A DNA stretch of 63,588 bases, filler included, from Neolecta irregularis DAH-3 (Eukaryota), in NCBI GenBank assembly GCA_001929475.1. It is 7 parts of 7 records of this genome, joined end to end, with 100 filler letters (N's around TTAATTAATTAA, not from the genome) between each part and the next. Parts side by side here need not be neighbours in the genome. Positions count along the whole stretch, not along the records: positions 33,734 to 48,427 come from LXFE01000216.1; positions 48,528 to 56,358 come from LXFE01000217.1; 5 more parts are not named here. One strand, written 5' to 3'. The notes under the pieces are model-generated. The model saw only the letters and a list, made by a program, of their open reading frames with translations. It ran no database searches and was not told the origin of the DNA. Both the position numbers and the translations under genes were made by a program. Of the stretch, positions 39,534 through 51,947 are shown piece after piece. Each line of letters begins with the position of its first letter. Position 1 is the first letter of the stretch.

Positions 39534-41918
39534 ATGAGTGCTCAAGCTTCAGTATTTTCTCCTCAACCGGCTGTTTGTAAGTTTTATCAATCGTCTACTG
39601 GTAGAATTGCTTACCCCGAATAATCTTATGTCTAGGTTGCAAGCGAGGGAGTGGCTGCACATTTTTACATCCCGCTGAGGGTGAACTCAAAACCCCAACT
39701 CCCAGTCGTGCGAGGGTTGATTCGAAGAAAGATTATCAACGTCAACATTCTCAGAGAGCAGATCAATCGAGAGTTGTTCCAAAACCAGTTCCAAAGTCTA
39801 TACAGCAGGTGCCAAATAGTTTTTAGATTACACTAACGATATCAGAATGATCCAAATTCAGTTCAAGAACATCATCTAGTTCGACTAAAGCGGCGATATC
39901 CCAAGATCGAAGAGAAAAAGTAAGGATTGAGATTATTTCGTTAATAACTGACGTACAAGAGCTGGAGGAAATATTACCCTTCAATTCCAGTTAATTCCAT
40001 CGGACCCTGCTTTACCTTTCGATATATCCCATCTCGATATCATACTTACAGTTCCTTCGAATTATCCAATCTCTTCTTCAGTAATCCATATCAAAAATGC
40101 GGATATACCGAGAGGCTACGCTTTCAATATTGAAAGGGCTTGGAATGAGATCAATGGAGATTTTCTGACAAAGACAAAAGAATTAGATAGGCGTCTTGAG
40201 GAATTTTTGAGCATGGGGAAAGTTGAGACCGTTAAAATTGTGAAGCCGAAGCAAATCAAATCTGAAGTGCTCTCAAAGGTCGAAATACAAAGACGTTCTC
40301 AATCAGAATTTACAGCAGAACAAATTGCAATAGCAAAGGTTCACCTGGACCAGGAAATTTCTCAGCTACAGGCTCGGCTCAGGGATCTAAAGGTGATCAG
40401 GTGTGACGACTACTGAATGAAACTAATGAAAGGTCCGTTAATGATTCTACGACTTACGAGGTATTAATAAGGCCATTAAAAACAACTGGACTTCCAGAAG
40501 AACTCCAGAGGACTGTTCCCATCCACCTCTTTATTCCTTCCTTATATCCGCTACAGTTGCCCGATCTAAAAATCCCTTCTTCCACTTCCACATATGCTAG
40601 AAATGTCGAACGTGAATTCATCCCATTGGTCAACGAACATAAGGAAAAATCATTATTTTCGATTCTGAACATCTTACAAATAAGGTTCTGCGATTTGGCT
40701 ATGACGGAAAGAAGCTACCAAGCTCTTCCTTTCTTAGATAATTTGAAAAGCATCGAAATCTCGAAACATGAAGACTTCAAATATGATCCAAACCAAATCT
40801 ATGCAATTCCTCCTATTCACGGAGAGTCGGATGAGACAATAAATGACAAGAGATCTGAGCCTAATTTTGAAGACACTACAGAAGCAGAGAACGCAATAGA
40901 CATGTCTCTTATAGATCAAGAGGTTTTGTCCGTCAAGAAAATTGTACCAGCAGTCGAAAGAGGCATATCTATATCGTTTCCAAACATCCATCTGTCCAAC
41001 ATCTCTCTTCTTGAGACATATTCGTTATCGCTTATGATAAATTGTGCCCGATGTAAAGCTGTTATGGAAGTGCCCAGGATTCTTCGGTCTCTCCCTTCAA
41101 AGATTTTGCAATGTCAAACCTGTTCCTCAAACATCTCAGTTGCATTCCGTCCAGGTAGTATCACCTGTGCGATCCCCCTGACGATCAGTCATTCTCCACC
41201 AACACGAGAGGAAGATCGGCTACTTGGATCTAGCAGGTGCCTCACCTCAACAACTTCTTCCATCTTCATTTCAATCGACATGCACTGAATGCGGAACGCA
41301 GACTGCTCCATATACGATCTCACCAGCACAAATATTGACACAGATTTGTAGGAAATGCCATGCCCGGATGGACATAAAAATTGACTCCATCAAATTCTTA
41401 AAGATTGGTGTTCCTGGCAAGGCCTTGTATACCTCTTATCCTGACTGATATTTCAAGGTGTATATATAGATAACCCCAACACAGGAGGGAAGAAAATTAT
41501 CAAACAGAATATCGGCATTAGTATAGGAAAACCACTGCCAGATTTCGGTCATTGTACTCATTACAAGAAATCGAGTCGATGGTTTCGGTATATATTTATT
41601 CTGGGCGACTGATTTCTAAGGTTCGAAGATTTCCTTGTTGTTTGAAGGTCTATGCATGCAGTAAATGCCATGATGCATTATCAGACCATCCATTTGAATT
41701 TGCAACTCGTCAAATATGTGGATATTGTTCGAAGGAGCAAATATACTCTCAGAATAAGGCTTGTGTAAATTGCGGAACACAGTAGGAACTTCTTGCTGAG
41801 AATATTTTGATCGTGTAGTCCGATTAAAAAGACCACCCCGTTTTGGGAGGGCGGCGATGGGCTCCGGGACAAAGTCCGCATGTCGAGAAAGGATAAGCGG
41901 AAATTTAAGAAAGGCTGA
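39534..41918 (+). CDS. CCCH-zinc-finger / CHY-zinc-finger protein
   Basis: N-terminal CKFYQSSTG|CKRGSGCTFLH, PSDPALPFD, CxxC pairs, CHY motif CTHYKKSSRWFR|FPCCLKVYACSKCHD, C-terminal FWEGGDGLRDKVRMSRKDKRK. Eight introns. Confidence 0.88.
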
Positions 41919-42150
41919 TCAAGCTCCACCAGTTGTATTGTTGAACTAATCGATGACGCGATTGTTATATATCTAGAACCTATCAAGACGCCTGTGATAG
42001 TCATTCACCCATTCATGGCTGATGGGTTTTTGGATCATTAAAAATTCCTCAGCTCTGAATCAATAGAGCAGGGCCAGGATTGACAAAGATTTAAATACCC
42101 GAATTCAGTGTGTCCACCCCAGACAAATCAAGCAAGTCTGGCAGACAAAC

Positions 42151-42238
42151 CTTGGCAAGTAAGCAAGTCAAAACCGTAGACTTGCTTGATTGGACTTGAT
42201 AGACTTGATAGTTTAAACTTTTAAATATTTTCTTAATA
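42151..42238 (+). repeat. Diverged copy of the AAGT/GACTT transposon-end family
   Basis: Similar to 48330-48427. Confidence 0.6.
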
Positions 42239-42923
42239 CCTCTACCAAATATTGTCTGCATTGTCCCAGGATACATTATCATATTGAAATGTCAATTCCA
42301 ATCATTAATATGGATTCCAGAATATCTCAGGATCTTACCAAAGCAAATTTTTCAATTTTTGAAGACCAGACCAGTGTTGGCAACAATATAAACGGAACGG
42401 TATTGGACCCTAACCCTAACCCTATCACCCTAAACCCGATTTCCAAACCGTTTCAGATACAATTTGGATTTCATTACTATCCTCGAGATTTATTGGAAAT
42501 CCTCAATGTATTTTGTGAATTCTTTCTTGTTATAACAGGAATTTACTGTAGAAAATACAATTATAAAGAATTGTTTACTTATTCTTCATTACCCACCTTC
42601 GCCCAGTTTGAATATTCAAATTGTTGAAAATGGGTTCAAAGTCGATTGTAGACCATCACTTTGGGTTCGCAATAACGATGGACAACTCATAGAAAACTCA
42701 GGACGGTCTTTTTGAGCTTGGGCCATAGCTGACGCCAGCTCGCTGAAATCTCAAGTCATGGACGAAAACTAAGATTGCATGGTCTGGAGCTTAGTCCTAC
42801 AGGATGCCGAAGGGTCAAATTCATATTTTTAGAATGACGCACATCACATTTTAATTATAGACCTCTACTGTTTCAGTTTTCTCGACGAACTGAACCATTA
42901 AATAAGCAAAATGCTCAAAAGAT

Positions 42924-43443
42924 TCAAAGAGCAAGAACTGCCAAGTCGACCTGAGCACTAACACTTGCGGAAATATCAACTTTTGCGTCCAGAACCTTGC
43001 CATCTGCAACTACACAAGCTTTAATGTCCGCGGCGATTTCGAGGATTAATTGTTCATGAATTTCAAGTTCGATCCCGGCCTGTGGCCTCTGATTCCAATA
43101 ATGTTTGACACAACCACACTTTCCAAGATAAAGAGCAACTTTTGCTTCAATCAAATTTTTCAGATAAAGATCGACATCGATATCGAGATCAACATTTATG
43201 CCGAGAAATCTCTAGAATATTAAACAAACAATTTTGAAGATTCATGCCTTATCCATTCCGCTAAGTGATCTTTTCGAGTCAACACTGACCCGGTCTCTCA
43301 GCCAGTGACCACCGTCTCCGCCATTCACAGCAACGGCGACAGGGCTACTAAAAACTGTCGACTTGAGCTAAACCGCTGCAATGAGGAGAGATACCAACAG
43401 GGACAGAAAACAAAAATACCAGATTGAGGAGACTTGATTTCAT
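42924..43443 (-). CDS. Secreted hypothetical protein with Kex2 (KR) sites
   Basis: Signal peptide MKSSLLNLVFLFSVPV|VFSSP, then DSKR and MDK|RFLGINVDLDIDVDL. One GT-AG intron and one GC-AG intron (43212-43247). Confidence 0.7.
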
Positions 43444-44632
43444 TTTGAATGTATTGGAGAAGTTGGAGAGAATTGCAGAGATTGAATTGGATGACGAAGA
43501 TTCGAGGGTACCCAAGCAATTTATAGATTTTACTAGTGAAATAATATCTTGTGCACTGATTCGGTTATGCAAGTTGCTTCACTTGTTCGTTACGGGATGT
43601 CTCGGCCAAACTCAAAAGGAGTACGAGTAGAACTCCCCAATGATACAAAATGCACGTTGGCGGTTCGAGAACATGAATAAATGTAACGTGGCTGTAATAC
43701 AAGTGTGTCTGATTGATCAGCGCTTTCGCGATATTGCATATTGAAATGATCATAGGGTTAGCCTAACCCACCTTGACATTATGAAAGTTCACAAGTAATG
43801 ATTCTTTCATGTTGACGAACACAGTATATAACTAAAGCTTCATCATTGCAGGGATCTGGATGGATGAATGAAGTCGTATTGTTCTTAGAAACTCTGTACT
43901 ACGGGAATCGATGGTATACGCCTAGATAATTAGTTCAGATCGGACGATCATCATACAAGTCTTTTGATTGCTACCGTTGTAAAGATATCAAAGTCTAGAA
44001 TTCGCCGAATTTGACTAAGGATGCACCAGACTGCTTTATCAAAGACTACGTTCTTGACGACCATAGACTCAGGGTCATTCATTCTTGTGAAGCATCATGT
44101 GGATTTGGTTTAATTTGTGTCATTCGGTTCTTGCCGATCGGCTTCTGATGCAATTCGTCAATTTCCAATTTCACTTTTCCAGGCTAGCCCTAGGATCAAG
44201 GACCATCTAGGTTTATTTTTTCTACTAATGGAGGCTAAGATACTGATGTCACCATTCAACAATCGTTTCTCAGGGAGTGGGATTGGTCGGCTGGTAAGAG
44301 TCGAAATGTTTAGAAATGAACAAGCTAGGGAGGGATATAGTCTATTCGAGAGAAACGAGGGAACAAATAAAGAATTTGCCAGAAAATAATGTAGGCACTT
44401 TTAATAGTAGTTCTCAAGATGCTGCAGTCTCTACTTTGTACTCAGAAAAAGGAGTCACAGCTGATTTCTCTAAATATCCAGGCTCGGTTTCAACACCTCA
44501 AGAATTTGGTTGAAACTAGCAATCATCAACCGCGTTTGATATTGGGATGGTCCATTTGCATTTCACGAACTTGCGCTGGGTAAGAGAGGCACCGATTCTG
44601 CGTGCGCGCTTCTTGCACATGGCAGACTCGAC

Positions 44633-45230
44633 CAGTGTGGCCAACCACCCGACGGATGGCACCCGGTGGGCCGCCGGCTGGATTAGTAATCCACCCACCC
44701 ACCTACCGGAGACAGTGGAAGTAACCGATACCGGTTCTCTCTCATCAACACCTACAATTGCAGTCCAGCAACTCGGCCAAGATGCACTTATTCAGATCCA
44801 TCCAGGCGGCATCCGGTATATCCGCGCTGACGGAAAAATGGTCGACTGGAAAACTCCAGCTCAATAAACTATCCAACAAGCTACCAAGAATCAAAGACAA
44901 GTCGCGATCTCATTGAGCAGTGGAAAATTAATATACTTTGAATTGGACAGCGCAGAGTTACAAGAATATCGGGAACGGAAAACTGACGCCATCATTGCAT
45001 TGAGCATTGGCGAAGTTCCAGAAGGAAGAGCAAGGAATAACTTGATGGTTTATTGATCCGAGAACGATGTTGATTCTCAGGCTGTTGCGTGAGAATCAGT
45101 ACTGTTCGAACCATTTCTCTAGATCCTTCGAGCACTCTTGATTCTTTTAGCATACAAGCTCTCAGTGCACCTGCAAGCTCACTCGTAATCATGGTGATAG
45201 GTGGGGTCGGTCGGGTGGTTGGCCACACTG
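44633..45230. mobile_element. Non-autonomous hAT-type DNA transposon carrying a captured host gene fragment (Pack-type)
   Basis: Perfect 21-bp TIRs CAGTGTGGCCAACCACCCGAC (44633-44653 and 45210-45230). 8-bp TSD GACTCGAC/AACTCGAC with one mismatch. Confidence 0.9.
44708..45195 (+). pseudogene. RSE1: Decayed internal fragment of splicing factor RSE1/SF3B3/Prp12
   Basis: [90 protein letters not shown]. Premature stop at 44865-44867, frameshifts, and a retained 33-nt intron at 45048-45080. Confidence 0.88.
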
Positions 45231-45884
45231 AACTCGACTGCAACCCTTCTCTCAGTAACCCTGTGCCCAACCGAAATAATCCCTAAGGTCAAACAACTGC
45301 GGATACAGCTAGATTGAAGATATTGCTAGTGTACGACCTTGAAACGAGGTATATATTCCACAAGGTCGTCTCAGTTGCACGGTATGAAATCTGATATTGT
45401 GTTTATTTCTCAATGATTCTTTTTTAATTGCTATCGTGATCTATGTATTCTAAACAGATACTCAGAGATGTATAGATTGATAACTTGAACTCTTCATAAT
45501 CAGCCCAAAATGAGAAAAGGTAAATTAGTTATAATAAAGACCGGTCATTGTGCATAGAATATCATCTTCATTGTGAGATTAAAATGTCATAGTTTCTCCG
45601 CAGTTAAGGGAGTATATATATAACTAAGATTGAAAGAGTTCATTCTCGAAGTATGATTCAAAAAGTTTATCGTTGTAAGAGTGCGCTGATGATGAAGAAC
45701 GCAAGGACCTTCAATTGACAGGAAAATGTTGTTAGACAGACATAGAAAAGTGACTTAACAACTTTCTCAAGCTCATTGCAAAATACCCGAACAATCTTCT
45801 TTTTAGGCTTGTTGTCTTCACATGAACTTAAATTTATTCTTCGCATGTGCTGTCATTCTATCGAATGCAAGGATTTGATGATAG

Positions 45885-47826
45885 TCATTCGCATTGCTCC
45901 AACAAGCGAGCTTCAACAATATCAGCCCAAACAACTTCCTCAATTCCCTCCATCGAAAGATCTTCCTCGCCCGTCTCAAATCTTCCCAGTATTCTCTCGC
46001 CAGTTTCCGGGTTATACTCTCGTTTGGGAATGTCTCGCTTTGCTAGTCGCACCATGACAGAGCCAGGTTGTTCATCCACTCTAATTACGCGGCCGGTTTT
46101 CCAAGTAGAGAGTCTTGGTTCGTATTGGGGCGTCATAGTCAAGTGTTTAAAGACCACGATCGAATTTACCTTGGGAAGAGCTGCTTGGAGTCGAAGGGTT
46201 GTCGGATCGGAGGGAAGAGGTGGAAAATCTTCGAACTGGTCACCAGAGTGGTGTAATTCATCAGAGAAGGTATTAGTAGTTGCAAATTCATCTATAGTTG
46301 CAATTCGTCGCCGAAATGGGAAGGTTGGGATGTTGACTTGAACATTTGGATCTCCGCATTCAATTGCTCGAATACTGCAGCGAGACTTCCAATCTCCCAC
46401 TGCACTCGATCTATCTGCATAGACAGGATTACTGAAGTTTTCAAAATTTATGCTTTTTGAAGTGGTAAATGTTTCCGTAGGCTTTGACGTAGTTGAATCA
46501 CTTGTCTTCAACAGCTCCCCAGTCTCAGTCTCTAGCCTTTTTGTTTTTCGAAGATTCCTTGTTTTTTGTCTGGTTCGAAAAGCCTCTTTTGCAAATGTCC
46601 AATCTTTTGTCACTGGCTCGGCAGCAGGAGTGATTTCGATTCGTGATGGAGGAGGTGGAAATCTTTGGCTATTGGGGATACTGTTTGATATAAACCTGGT
46701 AATAGCCGGTATATCGGGTATCAAAGTCCCTATCAGTCAGATGATATCTGAAACAATTGGCCTGAGGTACGTTGTTCGGGGTCAACATGAGCCTGTTCCA
46801 TCACTACATCGTTTGACGATAAATCTTGTTGATTCTTATTCAAACGCTCGGCATCTTCCCATGATCCATCCTTAGGAATCATACCCTCGCTCTTGAACTT
46901 TTGAAGCAATCTGGATTTTTTCTTTCGTAGATTCCGACTTTTAGTTTGAGGCTTGCCATGACCAGGTGGTATGTATGTTACTTTCGGGGGGGAAAGTTGT
47001 ATTTCTTCATCTTCATCATCGCCATCAGAGGAAGAAATGGATGATGAAGAAGTTGAGGATTCGGACGATGACGAAATTTCCTTTAAATATTCCTGTGTGT
47101 AATGAGATTTCTCTTGTGCAGCTAATTCCGAACCGGCCGCTGAATCAGAAGACTCACTTTCTTCTGAGCTTGACTCTGCCGACTCAAGATTTCTTTCCGT
47201 AGGGGGAGACTGAGATTTTGATGGAACAGATCTCTCGCTTTTATTTACCTTTAATTTCTTCAAGACACGTCCCTCATCAACCTCTTCATCTTCAGACAAT
47301 GAGGGGTTTCCGCTTTCCTCTCCTTTCTGTCTCTTCGGAATCTCGATTCCATTTCCAAAATTGGAGCGACGACCGTCCGTCCCGGTTGCTCTTATACAAC
47401 GGCCAGAGAAACCATCTTCTCTAGAAAGTCAGTTGTGTCTCGAAACAGATCGCAACACTTCTAGTATCTTGATTTCCCCATTTCTAGAGAGTGTAGATAC
47501 TGAGCCATCGAAGCCTGGGCGCCGCCTTTTCCGTTGTGGTCCAGGAATGTTACACATCTTTGCTCTAGCATGTCGGTTCTTGTCCCGAGCCTAGAGTATT
47601 ACGATACCAAATCTCCATCTCTTATGACACCTTCCACAATCGAATCTCGGAGCAAATCAAAACCATCAACTTGTAGAGACACATGGAAATTTCCGTCAAT
47701 CTGCTTTCGAAGGTATGATGCTATCCGACTCTCCAAATCTGCAATGGGAAATAACTTCAGATCAGAGACTTCCAGCCAGAACTTGATAATCGGAAGTGGG
47801 AGCTGTGTTGAGACACGTATCCGCAT
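45885..47826 (-). CDS. Coilin-like (Mug174-like) protein
   Basis: Ubiquitin-like N-terminus MRIRVST..LP...LQVDGFDLL.DS..GVIRDGDLV, Ser/Glu-rich middle, PPGHGKPQTKSRNLRKK motif, IRAIEC...PFRR, Tudor-like C-terminus. Two introns. Confidence 0.7.
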
Positions 47827-48241
47827 GGGAAAGTAGACGACTTCGGAGATGTAAAAACAGGCAGAAGGGTAAAGTTCAACACGTGAAATATAAATTTGAT
47901 TTGACGATGTCAAATTCCTGAAGGTCTGTTGCATCACTGACGCAACTTTCATTTATGAACCCAGGGACAGAAATAGAGGAACCGAGACGGCTGGGATAAT
48001 GAAATTTCTGGAGGAATGATGAGAACTAAAACTTGGACAAAGGAACAAGATGGGAACAAGGAATACAGAGGCCGGGCGCTATATTTTTCAAACATGCGTT
48101 AACAGCGTATGTATATTACATGTAACACGCAGGATGCAGTTGTAGAGCTTTTTATACTTTAACTTGAATAAAAACCCCGAAAAAAACGGTTGTTCGATTC
48201 CTTTGCTGAATGAATGAAACAGTATTCACCAGTCCTACAAG

Positions 48242-48427
48242 CAGACTGGCTAATAAGTAAAACTTTCAAGTAGAATTTACTTACTTACTTGCTTTGTAAG
48301 CAAGTAAGTAAGTCCGGTGGACAAAAATTAGTAAGTAAGCAAGTCCAAAAACCTAGACTTACTTGTTTGGACTTGATAGACTTGACTGTTTAAGACTTTT
48401 AATGAGACATTGAATATTTTCTTAATA
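48242..48427 (+). mobile_element. AAGT/GACTT transposon end (terminus CAGACT), cut by gap
   Basis: Matches the reverse complement of 11706-11854. Confidence 0.7.
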
Positions 48428-48813
48428 NNNNNNNNNNNNNNNNNNNNNNNNNNNNNNNNNNNNNNNNNNNNTTAATTAATTAANNNNNNNNNNNNNNNNN
48501 NNNNNNNNNNNNNNNNNNNNNNNNNNNGATCGACGGCCGGGGAGCAGCAGCCATGGCGGTGCGGCGGCGGCGGCGGACGGCAAGGTCATATCTAGCGAGC
48601 AGATGCGATTCTAGGCGGGCCGAGGCGCGCTAGAACCGTTCTGCGGCTTCAGCCACCGCAGCCACTCCCGCATTAAGCGAGTTTTACGCTCCCAACCCCA
48701 CAACCCGCCCCTCGCCCAGGCCCGTGAGATGCCGGGCATGCACTCGATATCCCTGATATCTCATGGATAACTCATGCTATTGTACTCCGCAACATTACTC
48801 GTTTATGCACCAA

Positions 48814-50596
48814 TTAGACAAACAGCTTCCCGCCCGCGCTATGCAGCCGCCGCACCGGTCGCACCCCCCACATCGCATCCTCCTCCGTCTCATCCTCCAA
48901 AACCTTTTCTCGGATCCCGCCAACCATAGACACAGGCCGGTATCGTCCAGGCAGTTTCGACCGGTCAGTCGCAAACGAGCGGATGCTCATCGGCCGGCCA
49001 CTTGGAATCTGGCCCAGGAGTGAGTGTCCAGAGAGAGATGCAGGGGGAGGCGCCTCGAGCGTTTGCTGCTTAATCCTGTTTAGCAAGTAAATCTGCTGCG
49101 CAACCATCTGCTGCAGCATCAAATTTTGTTGAGCGTTGTCCTGGTCACTGTTGAGCACCGACTCCGGGACAAGACTACTCTTGCGACCAGCAGATTGAAC
49201 AAGATTATACCGCGTCTCCCGCTTCATTCGATCCTTTAATCCTTCAATCTCATCATGCATCCGAATACGAGGTGTCTCCATCCGGCCGATCGACAAATCA
49301 TGTGGCCCTGTCTCCACTTGGTCTTTCCCCCCTATTTCGTCGATCGACGCCAACAAATTCCCCGCAGAGGAACTCCTCGCGCTCGATCGACTAGTGATAC
49401 ATTGTCCAAAGTACGGATCGCGGGGAAGAGGTACATTGCGCAAATTAGGGTGACTGGCAAAACTCTTCAATTCGCCTATATTCCGTTGTCGGCCTTCGCG
49501 AGGGAATTGGTGTGCTTTCAGCACTTGAAGGGGAATGCTCTCTTGTTGGTCATCTTTCAATTCACACCAACTGTCTTCTTCCCTAAATACAGGCGGTCGT
49601 GGCGTTGTCAGTCCCGTGACCCGTTGGATCTGCTGCCGGTAAACGTCTAATCGAGCTGCATGTCTGGCGCGCTGTCGAGAAATTTGGCGACGGTACTCAT
49701 CCTCTTCGTCAGAGGATGAGAACGAGTCGCTGTCTGAATTATCGAGTTGGGCTTGCATGGTTTCTGTTTGCAGTTCTAATGTGGAGACTACTCTTTTAGA
49801 GCCATGGCGGAGGGGACCTCCTCCACGGAGATTAGTTTGTTTGGTGTCCGCGGCTGAAATATCGGGGGTATCTATTGTATCGGGGTCGGTATCTGGGAGC
49901 AATGACGTTTCTGCGCGGTCCGGAATATCCTGTCGAATATCATCCAGAATATCCTGTTGAATATCATCCGGAATATCCTGTCGAAAATCTTCCAGAGTAT
50001 CTTGTCGAATGTAATCTCGCGTGTCCTGGCCCATTCTGGTCATAGACAACAGTTTGAATCCCTGGTCCAAGCGGAGGGGAGAGGGGTCGTCTGGTGATTA
50101 GTATTTGAAGCAAGGCAGAGCGAGGCGCATCCCTGTCTCTCTTGGCTCAGATGACAGGGTGACACTCCGGGCGGGCAAATATACCTTTTAGATCGTCCTC
50201 TTCAAATCCGCTGTCTCTGTTCTTTGCAAAGGCAGGGGGGAGGGCCTTCAGGAGGGTTGAGGAGCGGACTGAGGAGCGCGGCAGGGGCTTTTTTGTGGGG
50301 GAGAGCTGTGAAAGACGGGCTCTGTAGAGATCTGGTTCTGATTTCTGGGGACTTGTTCTGGAGAGACGATGCTGTGGTATATACGGACTGGCTGGATCGA
50401 TCTGTGACTTGACGAGATTGCCGTCTGATTTCTGGGGACTGACACTGCGGGAAAAATCGAGACGCGGCGGCTCCCACTGGGGCGTGCTGTAGCCCCCGTC
50501 ATAGCGGGCAGACAACAGTTTGAAGGAGGAATCGGGCGAGGGGGCCGAGTCGATGGAGAGCTGGCGGGAGCGGCGGTGGAGAAAGGCCAGCGGCAT
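48814..50596 (-). CDS. Low-complexity hypothetical protein
   Basis: Two long ORFs joinable by a phase-1 intron at about 50091-50184; Ser/Pro/Arg-rich; no recognised domain. Confidence 0.65.
49921..50029 (-). repeat. 24-nt coding minisatellite (QDIPDDIR-like 8-aa units)
   Basis: QDTRDYIR QDTLEDFR QDIPDDIQ QDILDDIR QDIPD. Confidence 0.85.
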
Positions 50597-50742
50597 GGCA
50601 GAGAAACAGAGAACAGGCAGCCAGCGTCTCCGCGCAGTCAGGCGCGCTAGCACCAAGGGGGCTAGCGCCGTGTTCTATAAATAAACACGGCGCTGTTTGC
50701 ACCCGCCGCCCAACAAAGTCACGCTGCGTCATTTCACAGTAC

Positions 50743-51914
50743 ATGGACATTGCCCCGCTGCACGTCCCCGTGGCCCGCAGGCTGCAGACGCTGGTAAGCG
50801 CCGCGCTAGCCGCTCCCGGCTAACCCCTGCTCGGCCGTGGTGTGGCACGCCGTCGCGCTCGCCTTCTTCGCAAGCCTCTTCTTCGTCTGCTGCGCCAATC
50901 CCCTCCTCTGGCCCGTACCCTAACCCTAACCCTAACGACCCTCGCTAACCCCAGGCCCTCCTCCTCTACCTCGTCCGTCCCTCCTCGATTCTCTGCTCAC
51001 CCCAGATCTACTGCGCCAGGGACGATGCCTTTGAGACTGGCCGTCTCCGCAGAATTGCATGGCTGCGCGCACTCCCGCTGTGGTCCTGCTACGCCCACTA
51101 CTTTCCTCTCACCCTCCTCAAGTCAGCCCCCCTTGATCCAAATCATATTTATATACTCGGCTACCACCCGCACGGCATCATCTCCCTCGCTGCCTTTGGC
51201 AATTTCGCCACAGAGGCCACCGGCTTCAGCTTGCTCTTTCCCGGCATCACAAACACTCTCCTCACCCTCGCCTCAAACTTTCGCATCCCGTTCTACAGAG
51301 ACTATATCCAGTTCCTCGGCATTGCTAGCGTCTCCCGCTCCTCCTGCGAAGCTCTTCTCCAGCGCGGACCTGGAAACGCAATCACCATCGTCGTGGGCGG
51401 TGCTCAGGAATCTCTCCTTTCCAAACCAGGCACTCTCAATCTCGTCCTGCGCAAGCGCCGCGGTTTCATAAAACTCGCTATCCGCACTGGCGCCTCCCTC
51501 GTCCCTGTTTTGAGCTTTGGCGAAAATGGTAATCTTTCAGCTTCTCCAAATCTCACCCAAGAACTCTACACACAGGCAGACAATTCCCCAAACTCTTGGG
51601 TCTACTGCCTCCAAACATCGATGAAAAAACTCTGCGGCTTCACTGTCCCCCTTTTTCACGCCCGCGGGGTATTCAACTACGACTACGGATTAATGGTACC
51701 TTTTATTCAAACATCATTAACCATGCAGCCCTGGAGACACCCTGTCACCACTGTTGTTGGCAGACCCATCCCCGTCCAGAAGGCTGATCGGCCAACAGAA
51801 GATATGGTCAACCAGGTCCAACAACTCTATATCGCTGAACTCGTCCGTATCTGGGAGGATGGCAAGGATAAGTACGCTCCTGGTTATAAAACAGACTTGC
51901 GCATCGTCGAGTAA
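50743..51914 (+). CDS. DGA1: Diacylglycerol O-acyltransferase (DGAT2 family)
   Basis: APLHVPVARRLQTL|AVVWH, YFP, GYHPHG, VVGGAQESL, RRGFIKLA, VPVLSFGEN. Five introns (the first ends in CG) and an 18-nt microexon at 50955-50972. Confidence 0.93.
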
Positions 51915-51947
51915 AGAAGAAATATATAGATTGATAAATAGCATCTA

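Noticed and set aside
40393-40433. Apparent GG acceptor in the CHY-finger gene
   Set aside because: A canonical 32-nt GT-AG intron starting at GTGTGA restores the frame.
41408-41457. Possible GC donor (GCAAGG) in the CHY-finger gene
   Set aside because: An in-phase GT lies 9 nt upstream; cannot discriminate without cDNA, so not counted.
42408-42434. CCCTAA repeats as a chromosome end
   Set aside because: Only a few degenerate units, internal to a scaffold.
46730-46770. Possible GC donor in the coilin-like gene
   Set aside because: An in-phase GTACCT donor gives a normal 41-nt intron.
50091-50184. 94-nt intron that could be two introns around a 9-nt microexon with a GA donor
   Set aside because: Fits the local length norm, but no homology constraint is available to support it.
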